A stretch of 64,000 bases of DNA from Podarcis liolepis (Eukaryota): the NCBI GenBank assembly GCA_965112155.1, contig OZ218109.1. One strand, given 5' to 3'. A model generated the notes under the pieces. It saw only the letters and a list, made by a program, of their open reading frames with translations, ran no database searches and had not been told where the DNA came from. Below are positions 23,248 to 37,600 of the stretch, in pieces; the first letter of the stretch is position 1; every line of letters begins with the position of its first letter. The translations under genes and the position numbers were made by a program.

Positions 23248-26200
23248 TAATAATAATAATAATTTATTTATACCGCGCCCACTCTGGGAGGCTCCCAACT
23301 GAATATTAAAAACACAGTACAGCATTAAGCATTAAAAACCTCCCTAAACAGGCCTGCTTTCAGATGTCTTTTAAAAGTAAGATAGTTGCTTAATACAGAA
23401 GTTACCTTAAAGAAATACACAATCATCCACCATGTCTCTCTTTAAGCGCTCAGAGGTTTGCATAGAAAGTTGGAAATAAAGGAAAAAAGATTACCTGTAA
23501 TAAATTGGCTTTCACTACATTCCTTTGTTTATTAGGTAAAATCAGCTTTGCTATTGTGTAGACTCCATTTTCCTGAGAAAGCACACATTGAAGAACATAC
23601 ATTCAAAGAACAGTCAAATGTTAAACCATAACTCACACATTGTGAAATTAAAGGCAAATGTTAAGTTCTTGTGAAGGAACCTCTCAAACTATTCAGTAGA
23701 AATCAAGTCTGCAGGTCCTCAGTCAAGGAAGACATTACAGCAGTGGTTCCCAATTAGCTAAGTACCACAGACTTTTCAAAGGCCAAGTCATGAACTCCCT
23801 ACCTTTGAAAATTTTGATATCTGTGTGGTAGTTCTTGTTATGTGAATGTTGCCACAGACCTCCTGGGTGGGTTATGTGGACCCCCTGGGGTCTGTGGACC
23901 ACCAATTGGGAACCACTGCTTTTACAGTATTTATTTATTTGTACCAGTGCTTTTTTTTCTAGAAAAAACAGGTGCCGGTACTCACCATGAAGTTGTTACA
24001 GTAAGCACCACACTTTTTAACAACAAAAAAGAGAGGTGCCAGTACTGTGTGCCCTTGAGTACCCTCTTGGGGGAACCCACTGATTTGTACATTTATATCT
24101 CGCCTTTACTTCAAGGAGCGCCAGTGGTTCTCCCCGCTCTCTATCTTATGCTCACAGCAACCCAGTGAGGCAGGTTAGGCTGAGAGACTGTGACTGACTG
24201 ACAGTCGCCCAGTCAACTTCATGGCCAAGTAGGGATTTGAACCCTGGTCTGCCAGGTCCTAGTCTGACACTCTAACCACTACACCACACTTTCCTTATGA
24301 GTCTGTGCCTTGCAGCATTCGTCATAGCATTTGTCCGTCTTACTGGGTTTGAGTGTAGCTAACCTCCCCCATTTTCAGCTCACAAATTCTGCCTCCTGGA
24401 TTTCCTCTTCCTGCTATTACTCATCCACAAAATACTCTTCAGCCCTGCCTGTTTGGTGCTGGTAACATCAAACTTATCCTAACTATATTTTTTAGTCTTA
24501 TTTTTTCAACCTTATTCCATTCTCAGCTTGGCTCTTATCATAGCAAGCCCTGCCTTCTTCCAGTTAACCCCCCCCCCCCCGGTTTCTTTTAGACTCTCTG
24601 CTCTCTTCTCAAATTTCCTACAAAACATGGTGGCATCCCTTCTTTGAAAGTTAAATCAAAAGCTTTTTCCTTAATTTTTTTTTCAAATTCCAAACATTTC
24701 TCATCTGTGCAAGAGACACACACAGTATCTAAGAACCAGTATCAACCAAGACACCTGCAAATGAATATTTTGCATCCACTACCAAATTAGAACACAATAA
24801 AAAATAGTAAGTAGAGATTAGTATGTTAGGCAATCAAAAACCTCTTACTTGAACAACTTGGTGAGCGTTGGTATCATTCAGGACCAATTCAGTAATCGCA
24901 GCACAACAAGCTAAAATAAATCGCCACAATTGTTTATCTTATATGGTTCTTGTGAAGTACAATCAATAATGAGGCTTCTACTACATACCGTATTTTTCCG
25001 TGTATAAGACTAGGTTATTTTCTTAAAATATTGTGCTAAAAACATGGGGTCGTCTTACACACGGATAGTGGAGAGGTGGGAAGGTGCGAGCAGGATATTG
25101 TCCGTGGCATTTTTGCGGGTGATTGGTGGGTGCTGCAAGGTCTGCTGGCTATTAACTACTGCGGCAATAGGACGGGCGATTGGCGCTTGCATTTGGCGAG
25201 CGTGCAGACAATTGGCGTCTTTGCTGATGTGTGTGCGATTGGCTGTTGTGTTCCTGAGGGTGAGCGATTTTCGTCAACCCCCCTCCCCAATAAAAGCTCA
25301 ACAAGTCTGGGCAATCCTCCCCCCCCCCCCCGGGGAAAAAGCTCAACAAGTCTGGGCAATCTCCCCCCGTTTTCTCTATTTGGAGTCCCAAAATAGAGGG
25401 GGCGCCTTATACATGGGGACGTCTTATACACAGAAAAGTACGGTATATCCATTAGGCTATATTCAACTAATTCATGCCAGTAGAAGCCAGGTAATTCCTA
25501 CTAGTACAATGCAGCTTTCCCCCCACTGCACCCTCCCCAGATCTGCTCCAAAGGTTTGAAAGAATCCCCAGAACAGTTTGCAGTGGGAGAAGGAGAGGAG
25601 AGGCCATTCTGTCGGCGCAGGCAAGTCTCCTTTCCCCAAGAACAATCTCATTTGTGCTACATGGAATGCAACCCACTGTTCGCAGAAAGAAGCAAGTTTG
25701 CTTTTTCAGCTTTTAAGTGGAAACGTAAATCACAGCACAGGAACACTTACGCCTTACATTCAGGAGTAAGATTTTTTTTAAAGAAAACGCTTGCAGGCAA
25801 CAAATGCAAGGTTGCAAACTTCCACTTTGCACAAACATGCTTGTTAGGGGGTATGACTGGAGAGCAGCTCTCCACTGAGGGCACATTTAGTTACAATCCC
25901 AGATTTACCTCTGTGCAGTGTCTGAAATGGATCCCATGAGAGAACAAATTTCACAAATTTATTGACAGCTGCACAAATTGTGATAGCTAAGAAGTGGAAG
26001 GGGCAAGCAGAATATAAAATGGAATAATGGTATAAAGAGGTTCAGGATATAGCTATTAATGATAAATTAACATGGGCCATTAAGGTAAGACAGGGAATGC
26101 GCAGGATAAATGATTTTGAAGAGATATGAAGGGTTGTTTGTAAAATCTGTACTGTTAAAATGGAAAGAGGTCAAAACCATCGCAAGAGGTGTTGAAATTT

Positions 26201-29200
26201 TGGGAGGTTGGATAGTTACAACAGAATAGTCTTGGTGGTGGGGTGCACATTTTTATTCTTATTTATTTATGATTATTAGTTTGCCAAAAGAAAAAAGAAA
26301 TAAAATAAAAACCTACAAAAAAAGGACAAATTATAGTTTACTTTCAATAAACATACTGAGTACTAGGCGAACTTGAAAATCAATCAGAAGCATGGGAATT
26401 TCTCCCTTCGCCTATTACAGCTGAAGAAACTGTAAAAATGTGTACTTTTGAACTCAGTTTAAGGGGGGGGGTCATGGATCTGGGCAGTGTTGTGCATAAG
26501 AACGCAGCTGAGATCTCACAAGGTGTTTAGCTCATCATGAGTAACAGAACTGAGCTCGCAGTGCCCCTGGGAGTCCATGCTGCGATCACTGAGACCAACT
26601 CCCAACCTGCTGGTGTTGTTCTTCAACATGTTCTTTCCTTAACTTTAAGTATTATTGTTCCTTCAAGTACCAAACCTAACAGCCGCATGTGTATCAGATG
26701 GGCAGTGAAACAGGACTGTCCGCAGATGAAGCAGTGGCTTCTGCAAACTTGAGTGGCTGCACAGGGATGCAGAAAATACTAGTTTGTGAAATAAAACGTT
26801 TGGGTGGGGTGCTGAGCCAAAATGTCCTGAGCAAAACTGAGTAGGCTAACAGTCTCCAGGAGCCATTGTAGGTTGAGGGTAGTCAAAAGTCTGTGGAAAG
26901 TGGGGGTAAGCTGTGGGGTAGGTAAAATCCACCTGCTTTGAGCCCCTAACCCAGGCATAGGCAAACTCCGGCCCTCCAGATGTTTGGGACTACAATTCCC
27001 ATCATCCCTAGCTAACAGGACCAGTGGTCAGGGATGATGGGAATTGTAATCCCAAACATCTGGAGTTTGCCTATGCCTGTCCTAACCAGTTATGGAATCC
27101 TGGGGAGATAATTTTAAAACTTCCTGTCATACTCTATGGGGATTTTCCTTTTCACCCCCACCTTCCCGAAATCTTGCCCCACTGTGCTATAGAGGGTAAC
27201 AAGATCTGAGCCCTTTAATATTCTTTTTCCTCCTAAAATCTCCCTCCTGCCACAAACCTCAAATGGCGAGGGCATAGAGCCTTCAGCAGAAAACCTACTG
27301 TGGGCTAATAGTTCGATCTCTGCAAAGCTTTTTGCTCAGGCATCGGTTATTGCATTGAGTGCCAATCATCTCAGGGCAATTCATAATGTATGCACCTGCT
27401 TGAAGGGAAAACGTATTTTCTTGTATCTCATGAGGGCTTAAATCTTCTGAGAAGCGAAGCTGCTGGATTCTCCCTGCTGCGTTCGCACTGGATAAACTCC
27501 CAATGGAAGAACGATCTGAAAATAGATTTCGCTCCCTGGGAAAGCAAAAAACACAATGCGGTGAAGCCTTTGGCTACATCTATCAACCAGCTGGTAATAA
27601 GAATCTATTTACTTCTGAATTAAGAACATCAATGCTCTATATATCCTTGAGCAGCGTGCTGAAACTCATAAGCCAGGAATAACAGCTCAAGTGTGTTACA
27701 GAAATGGGATAAATAAAACTTTTGGCCAGGTATTTTTAGGCCATTAGATAGCACTCGAAGCAATATGTGAATAATTATTGGTTGTTAATGCAATTCCCGA
27801 TGACCTCAGAAACCTACCCTTGTAAAATATGCAGAAGTTGCTTGATGCCGCCCCAAATACGAATTTCCACACTGGTATCAGGATCTTCGCAAACCTGGAC
27901 TAGAATCCAGACTACACTCCACAGAAGCTTTAAGTGATCTGAGTGGAGCAAACTGAGAAGGATGGGGACACCTTCGTACAACTTGACTTGCTCTTTGACA
28001 TGAGATTCTACACAGAGAAGGCGGAGCAACTCGGCTGTCAGCCTGCACGGAAACCAAGAAATCATCATCATCCAAACAGTTAAAACTCAAGTCTGCCTGT
28101 TAAATTATCCAGATACAATGGTACCTCGGGTTACAGATGCTTCAGGTTACAGACTCTGCTAACCTAGAAATAGTACCTCGGGTTAAGAACTTTGCTTCAG
28201 GATGAGAACAGAAATCGTGCTCCGGCAGCGCATCGGCAGCGGGAGGCCCCATTAGCTAAAGTGGTACCTCAGGTTAAGAAAAGTTTCAGGTTAAGACCGG
28301 ACCTCCAGAATGAATTAAGTTCTTAACCTGAGGTACCACTGTAATTGAATAGCCCTGCATTTATCCACTGAGACACAATAAAGTTACAAAAAGTGCCCCC
28401 TAGGTTGCTATAAACAATATCCTAAAATTAAACCTGCATGCTGTATCATCAGTCACACATTGACTGGTTAAGTCCAGTCAAAGGTGACTATGGGGTGCGG
28501 CGCTCATCTCGCTCTCAGGCTGAGGGAGCCGGCGTTTGTCCGCAGACAGCTTTCTAGGTCATGTGGCCAGCTTGACTAAACCAGTTCTGGCACAACAGAA
28601 CACCATGACAGAAACCAGAGCACACAGAAATGCTGCGCACGGCTATGGCTCCCCCAAGAGCCGCGCTCCCTTTAAAGAGCGTGCGGAGTGTGTGTGCGGC
28701 TCTTTCAAGGGAGCGCTGAGCAGAGCCTCCCGCCTGCATTCGCTCCATGAGATGCACACACATTTCCCCTTCCTTTTTAGGAGTGAAAAATACGGTAATG
28801 TGTAGTGTGCGAGAGCAGGGAGATTGGGTTAGCAATGCCCAAATTTACCTTGTCCAAAATAATTCAGCCCTTAAAAAGGGTTAGCCATACCTGGTCGTAG
28901 TGTATTAAATCTTAGGGTGCTTTTACATGCAAGGTATAACTGATCTTTCTCTCATGCTATTTCTGGGACCCTTTATTAATTGTTCATGGGGGGGGGCAGG
29001 AGGCATTTGTAATACGAATGAGCTTTCTAAGCCGACCAAAGTGAGCTTGAGCGAGATATGGGAATTCACCCAAAGAATGCAAAAGCCTGGGATCATTAAG
29101 CATGGAGAAGCATGCACTGGCCTTGTAAGCACAAATTCCAATCAACCTTTGCATTGCTTCAGTTTCAGAATTACTATCCCTCTCTACCGAGAAAACTGTC

Positions 29201-32200
29201 TTCCTAAAAAATGCCATATTTGGAAATCTCATATTTTCTACTTTACAAGTAGAAAGCATGTGGTTGGAGAAACAGAATGGTTAGCATAAGCTAAGTGACT
29301 GGAAACCCTGAACAGAAAAAGATGGGCTGAAATTAATTCAGCATCCTACCTTTTAGAAAGCAAGTCATATTCATGCAATATCACCAGCAAATTCTCCACA
29401 ACATTGAGCTCGCTTATTTTCTCTCGGCATCCGGGACTAAAATGGAAAATGAGGAACGTGTTATTTTTTTCCAGTTGCAGTGTGGTAGTATATCATTCAT
29501 GGCATTTCAATGAATGGACATTTCCTGCAGTATGAGAATTAAACCTATGTATAGAATTTGAACCTTGCCATCATTTAAACGAATGCAAGTCTCAGTTATA
29601 AACATAAAAACATAAAACTAATGAATAAGAATAAGAATCTGCATGCAATCAACCCTCAAAATCTAGCCCAAAGAAAATAAGTCTCACACTGTTCCCCAAG
29701 ATGGCAGGGTTGGCATTTGGAAAAGAAATATGTTATATAATTCTTGTCTAGCTACTCTAGTCATGGTCCTGCCATTCAAACCCAGTGCATCTAGTGGTAT
29801 TGTTAAAAGTGGGCTCTCAGCCACTCCTAGGGCTCAGGTTTTAAAATGTTAACACCTCCAACCATGAATTGTGCTCCAAGGGTAAAAGAAATCCAATACA
29901 CATTCCGGAGAATTGAGATAATGGCGCCCCTTTTATTACATCAGCATCCAATCCCAGGTAATTGTAACAACCAATTACTGCTGCTGGAAAGATTTTGCAT
30001 TCCACTGCAATCTAGCTCCAACTTCTATAGACAGTTTGCACTCTCTCCTTTACACCCATGATCTACAAAACTGACAATCAAGAATCACACAATAATAAAT
30101 GTGTGATCTGAAGCAGCATACATAGAATGGAAAGCAAAAGTGTAAGCATAGCCAATATTAGGAGGAGGGGAAATTCAGGCCCAGGGTCCATATACAGTCC
30201 CTCCAGACCAGGGGTCAGGAAGGTTTATCTCGCCCGGGCTGGTTCACTCCTGTGGAGATCCCTCGGTCAGCTGGATTGTGCACACACCCACAATTTCTGG
30301 AGTCTGTGCAGACGCAATTTCCGGCATCTGCGTCTGTGCAGACGTGATTTTCATCCTCTGCGCATGCGCAGACACAATTTCCGACACTGCGGAAGTGAGT
30401 CCCCACACCGCGCCGGTTTAGCGCAGCATGCAGGGACTCACCAAGCGGGCAGCTAGGTTCAGGGGCAGCTCCTGCACTGGTTAAACGACCCGGATGGGCC
30501 GCTTGTGGCCCGTGGGCCTTAGGTTGCCAACCCCTGCTCCAGACCTCTCTGTTCAGCCCTCAGGACAATGCCCAGGGCACACATACTTAGACAGTGCCAT
30601 ATTTATGTATAAGATAAACAAGCTATAGCTGAGGGCCCAGCTCTCTTTAGGGCCCAAAAAAAATTAAAGGGGAGAAAAACTGGATGTACATTTCCAAAAT
30701 ATAAGATAAAAAACAAATAAAACCTACATACAGCAACAGAGTTTTGTTGTATGTAAGTAATCGGCCCCGCCTGCTAGCCTGCTCCCTAAAATATTACTGG
30801 TTTGCTCATTTCTATATATAGGGTGCCTACATTCTGCATGGACTGTTTGCATGGCAACATGTGCAAATGGCTTTAGATACCTATTAGGTCCATAAATTAC
30901 CATATAGCATATATTCAACACAAAAAACAGCGACAATTTGTTGTTGACAAAGGACAGCTGGACATATAAAGGGCCCCATTACCTTCTGTAGCTTAGGGCC
31001 TCATCAAACATAAATCTGGCCCTGCACCCAGATCATTCCCCTCTCAGGCCTTGCTCTGCCTTCTGTGCTAGCAATTTTATCGAAGTTGAATACATCCTTG
31101 AACTGTGATAAATCACTTTTGCTTGCATGGATAATGAGTAGCGGGTGCCTGGCCATACCCACTGCTGGCTGCCGGGCCATCCCCACTTGGCCCACACCCA
31201 CTACTGATATGTAGTCCCTAGAAAGTTGTCCATGATAGAATGTGGTCTTCAGTATTAAAAAAAAGTCCCCCACATCTGACCTATAACTTAATGTTTGCAA
31301 GATAAGGGGAATAAAGCTTGACTGTCAATATTTTGCTCTTGTTGAACTTGAATGATCCATTCCCCCCACCCCACCCCCCCAAAAAGAAAAAAAGCTGAGG
31401 TAAAATGCAAGGGACAAATCCAAGCACACTAGACTGAAGCTTACCTTTCTGCCAAGCTAGTGAGGGCAAGCAATGCACCTAGCAGGACGTTGTTTTCTCT
31501 AGCTCCAAGTAAGTTGATCAGAGTCTGCAAAAATAATGGGTAGACAATTATAAGACAGGCAAAATGCCTGTTTAGCCATAATAACAAACACTACTTTAAA
31601 GAAGGGGGGGGGGGGAGATGCAGTTTACTTATCACATTTTTTAGATTGTAAGCCTGAGGGGCTCTTGATTTGAAAGCTGCTCTGGGCACTGGTGGAGGAA
31701 GAGGGGTGCATTGGGAGCACACGGCCCCCGGCAGCGCGATCCCGGTAGGGTGCCATCGCGGTTGCTCCCCCGCACACACTGGGCGCCACACCCCCAGGAT
31801 GTGCGCCACGCCCCTGCGGGCAGAGCGCCAGCCCCATCCCCTCCTGCTCTCCGCAACTGGCTCTGGGAGGCTTTTTTGGCCAAAGAGCAGGGCCAAAATC
31901 CTTTACGTAAATAAATAATAAACAACTTTTTGTTATCTCTGTCTATCAGGAAGAAGTTCTGATCTCTTCCCAGTGTGCCAACAAAAGTAAAATGTCAACT
32001 TGATTTGGGTTTACATTTGTAAATGCCAAGGTTGGTTGTCTGGTGATTTAGGAGCCAGAGTCTAGGGGCAGAAAAGGGATGGATAGGAGCCAACAATTTG
32101 AATCTGCATTCTGATAAGGCGCTCTCTTGGTCAACCAGCCACCGTTGACAATTTAAAATTGCATAGCAACAATCAGAAGGGATTTTGTGCCATTTTAAGG

Positions 32201-33991
32201 ACACAAAACAGCCATTAGAAACCCTGATTACGTAGAAGTGATTGTCCACTTACTTTATGTGCTCCACTGGCTGTTACCCATTCTCTTTGATCTTTGACAG
32301 CCGAAAGTTTTTGAAAAATATCTGCAAAGAGAATTAAACAGAAAAGTTTTATCATGGGGTGGGGAGGCAGAGGGGGTGGAAGAGGGCAGCTTCTAAAAAG
32401 CAGCTTTCCTTCAAAAATGAATAGATTCTGCGAGATGATTTAAAAAATTATACAGAAAATAAGTGGAGATACCTTGAAATTAAAGAATTGCAATTGTATC
32501 AAAACAAGAGCCAGTTTTTAGATCTGCTTATTCGTTGTTACTTCCTGTTTGACTGCAACAGCTTAGCACTACATTTCTAGAACATTTTGACAAGCATTTA
32601 CCATATTTTTTGCACCATAACACTCACTTTTTTCCTCCTAGAAAGTAAGGAGAAATGTCTCTGTGTGTTATGGAGGAAATGCCTACGGGCGGCATGCCTA
32701 CGGATTTTCCTCCTCTAAAAACTACGTGCGTGTTATGGTCGGGTGCATGTTATAGAGCGAAAAATACGGTATTTCATATACACATCCTCACTTCAACCTA
32801 GAAGAAATATAATCAGAAGAGAAGAGATATAACCACAGGAGGGATATAAATGATATATAACCAGCACTTACATGTCATGTTGACCAATTTGTCTATATTA
32901 TGATGCTCTTCTCCATAGCAAAGGTAGTCATTTGCTACTGTTTCCATATACTGTTGGTGGGGAAAAAACATTGTCAAATTGTTAGTGGAAAGTTACATGG
33001 ATCTAAATTAAAAAGCAAAGTGCATCCATGAGACCAGCAGATGGCAAACTTGTACCACTATTCACTGCAGACAGTTATCACAAAAAATAAATACACTATT
33101 CTGGAAACAGAACAAAGTTACTACAAGAGGGCTTTTTCCATGCAAGAAGCTGTAGGTTCCAGCTATGGTTTCTTGGACATATGTTTGTTAACTGGTAAAG
33201 GGCTGCAGCTTGGTGGCTGGGCACACGCTCCACGTGGAAAACGTCCTAGGTTTCATTCCTGACACTCTCAGGTATGACTGGGAAAATACACTTCTGGGCA
33301 GCATTGGAGAGTTGCTGCTCTCAGTGTAGGCCAAGGGTGGGGTATCTGTAGTCCTCAAAAAGCTGCCGGACTCTTACTCCCATTAACCACAGTTAGTATG
33401 GCCAGTGGAGGGTGTCGTTTACAGTCCAGCAACATCCCTGCATATAGAAAACATGTCAAGACACCGCTTTTGAATTTGGTCTATACATTTTTTTAAAAAA
33501 AATAACCTGAGTTGCTATCTGTTTGTTTGTTTTTTAAAGTAGTGCTTTGTGGGAGTTTTTCAGACGCTGCTTTTATTATTTTCTCCCTTTTGTGTGTGTG
33601 TCATAATTTTTATTAGTTTTCAATTACAATAACCCAATAAAAGCCTCCTTGACACAATACCAAATTATTATACAATTAATAATGCCAATTGTTCAGATGC
33701 CAAATTATTATATTGTTATTATATTATATTATATTATATTATATTATATTATATTATATTATATTATTGGGCTAGAAATGATGATTTGATATTTTACTTT
33801 AACTCTGCAGTCCAAAAACTTATAAATTCCAATTACACACCAGTCAGAATAACAAACTCATACCGCAGCTGCAATTTTAACGACTTCCATTCGCATTAAC
33901 ACATCAAATAATGTTTTTATTATTTTTGACCTGTGGTAAACTGCCTTGGTGATTTACAGAAAGGAGCACGCTCGCTCTCGCTCTCTCGCTC

Positions 33992-34024
<33 letters not shown>

Positions 34025-34634
34025 CCTGCAGAGCCACAGGTTCCCCACTACTGATGTGGACAATATTTAACCTAATGGGCCAATAGCCTGACTCAGTATA
34101 AGGAAACCACCATGAACATGCAGGCTGGGGGTGGCTCCCAAGTTCTTCTACGGCAGCCAGCATCACCCCCAAAGCTACGCATCCTATTATGGTCCATAAA
34201 GAAAAAGCTCCTGCTAGAAGCTACTTCATGTGGCTTTGCCAAGGCATAAGCACATGGTAGCAGCAGTAGTCACTGCCCCAATTCTGAGGAATTAATCCCA
34301 CTCCTGGTATGATCGGTAGCTTCCTCTCAGCCTACGTACATTAAAACTGCATATAGCTGTATTGTTCCATTAGAAGAAGTCCAAAAATAATCGTAGGTAA
34401 TGCTTTCTTTCAATGGGACCAACCAAAACGTCACGAAAGTAGTGAGCAAGCTTTCGTATTCAACAGAACTCTTCTTCAGACTGGGTGCGGGATATGATGC
34501 ATAAATAAAAGGGCAAAGGGATCTCATTCGCTCAAAACTTGCTCGCTATTTCTGACTGGTCCTGGTAAAGACAGTATCCTGAGGCTTATTATGTACATTG
34601 TGCTGTTATTAATGTGGGAATAGAGAGGGAGAAA

Positions 34635-34686
<52 letters not shown>

Positions 34687-37600
34687 TCCATTTTAAAAAG
34701 GCATTTATTTAGCGAAACCCACAAACACCACTGTGCTGACCGGACCCTACTCAAAATGAAATACTTCATTAGTTGTGTGCACTTTCTCATTCTGGCCAGA
34801 AGAAGTCCAATTTGACAGGCCAGATGGCCCCGCTGAGCAGATTATAATTCTGATCTCTCACCGAGGCATACACCCTTTTCACGGAAGCCAGCCAATTCAG
34901 AGTCTAATCAAATTACACAGGACGGTCACTTCTGCAATTCAGTCAAGCTGCAACTAACATTGCCTTATGGTCCCTTGGAAATGGAAAACATTGCATGTGT
35001 TTAGTGTTTACAGTTTCACCTTCAAGAGGGAAAGCCGTTTTGCAATGACTTCCGTCCTTGCCTTTGGCAAACTTAACGGGCGACTAAACACCGTAAAAGG
35101 CAGAGATGGTTACCTGTGCTAAGGCGTCGATCCCTCCCAGGTTGTGGAGTGCTTCCTATACAAGAGGGGAGGAAGAGGTAAAGCAAGTACAGTATGTCAA
35201 ACTTCCGGAAGATTCCTAGCAGCCTGCTCCCAACCAACTACCAATGTTAAATTCAAAGTCGCCTGGATTCAGCATGGCAGATGGTATGCTTAGGATTGCA
35301 GTGCCTCAGTAAGTCAACTAGAAGGTAAAAAAGGTAAAGGTAAAGGACCCCTGGACGGTTAAGTCCAGTCAAAGGTGACTTTGGGGTTGCAGCGCTCATC
35401 TCGCTTTCAGGCCGAGGGAGCCGGCGTTTGTCCACAGACAGCTTTCCAGATCATGTGGCCAGCATGAATATACCACTTCTGGTGCAATGGGACACCATAA
35501 CAGAAACCAGAACGCACGGGAAAACTGTTTACTTTCCCGCCACAGCGGTACCTATTTACCTTCTTGCACTGGCGTGCTTTTGAATTGCTTGGTAGGCAGG
35601 AGCTGGGACAGAGCAACAGGAGCTCACTTCATCACGGGGATTCAAACCAGCAACCTTCTGATCGGCAAGCCCAAGAGGCTCAGTGGTTTAGGCCACAGCG
35701 CCACCCGCGTCCCAACTAGCAGCTGAAAGCCGGACATGCAAGTTTATAAAGGGCCCCTTCAGACCCCCTTTTTGTTGCTCATTCTTGATGATGTGTGATC
35801 TGTGTATTGGGAGAATTATACACAATTCCACTTTCAATACTGTTTGCACCTGAAAAGGTTTTGGGGCAGACAGACCACTTCCTCTCCAATCAGTGCATGT
35901 CCTGTCACTTCCTGCTGATATTCTGCAACATTTTAGGCCGCAAATGTTGCGGTATATTTTCTGTTCCGCTTTTGTTGCAAGAGTGCCCCCTCTAGATGGC
36001 GATAATGCAATAACACTGGGGGAGCACCGCAGAAGAGATAAAAAGGTGGAATGATTTGTGGACGGTCCAGTACAAATCCATCATTAATGCACTATAACTG
36101 CACGTTGCAGGATACACCCGCACAAAACCCAGTCTGGAGGGGCTCTAAGATAGGGGGTTGCTATCTATATTTGGCAAATGTTGTTTGCAAAGTTGCTAGT
36201 ACAGCATCAGCTGACCAAGCCTACTAAATGAATGCTGCACTAATATCTAAGCAGCCACTTTTAGCATCATGTTCCTATTTTATGTTTCAAGGAGGTGACC
36301 ATGGGCAAACTAACCTGATAGCACTGGTCTCTCATTAATAATCTTATGCAAATTAAAACTCTCAGAAAGTGGATAGATGATGCTCGGTTAGCCCACTCCC
36401 TGCAACAAACAGGTAAAAAGAATGCATTAATAAGTTGGTCCAATTAAGCTACGTCAGCAAGCAAACACAAGATTGGAAATCTAAATAAAGGTTCTATATT
36501 CAGCCAATTGGCAGACAAGACATTGCATTTTTATGGAGTGCACAATTAGTCATCTGAACCTCAACTATTTCAGTTTGAATCTAGCACACCTAATTTGTTT
36601 CCGATGCTAATCTTTAGACTACAGTGCAGCTCCAATAATTTCAACAGAGGGTGTGTATTTCAGTGCCTTCCCAGTTTCAACGTCAACACTTTGAAATTAC
36701 GAGCCAAGGTAAGCTGAAAGTAAAAGCAGACTGTATACAAACTTGACACTTGTATTTGTATATATATTTTTAATTCAGATTATTTTCCAGTAATACCAGA
36801 TGAACTAATAAACTATCATTTTCTACAGATGAATATCAATATGGATGAATGGATACATATCTAAACACATACAATTTGTGTATATATCCAGCTCTCTCTC
36901 TCTCTCACCGCCTCCCCCCCTTGCTGAAACAGTTATGGTTGATTAGCACAGCAGGTCCGTTCCATGCTGGGAATAAAGCCAAAGGCTAAAAATAATATGA
37001 TAAAAATAAAGGCTGTGCTGCAATGGATGCACGTAGACTCCCAAGAACTGGGTTATTTAGAGGAATCTCTGCGGACCAAAAAAATCACCATGTCCACCGG
37101 ATCTTTTCCACATTCCCATCAGTTGCCTCTTCGCCAATAACGGAGCTCCAGATTGATTTCTGACACTCGGAGAAAATTGCTGATTTAAAGTCAGTTAATG
37201 ATAAAACAGTTAGGGGAAAAAGCCATAGTCCAGTGTCAGAGCATCTCTTTTGCATGTGGAAGGTATGAGGTTCAGCATCCCTGTCTGAAATTGTGGAGAT
37301 GCACTGCCAATCAGTGTAGACCAGGCATGGGGATCCTTTGGTCTTTCAGAGTTTGATGAATCACAACACCCGCAAAACAACAACAAACAAACCTATGGTC
37401 ACGTAAAGCATACTCAATAAACACACGAGACGTAACCGGCTGTGTTCTTAGATAAATAAGGTATATTATTCATAGTATCAAATTATAAATTTGGCCACGT
37501 AAAGCATATTCAATAAACACACAAGACGTAACCGGCTGTGTTCTTAGATAAATAAGGTATACTATTCATAGCATCAAATTATAAATTTCAACGGAAGTAA

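Noticed and set aside
35640-35713. tRNA gene (A/B boxes)
   Set aside because: It is the tRNA-derived head of a Sauria SINE; no cloverleaf
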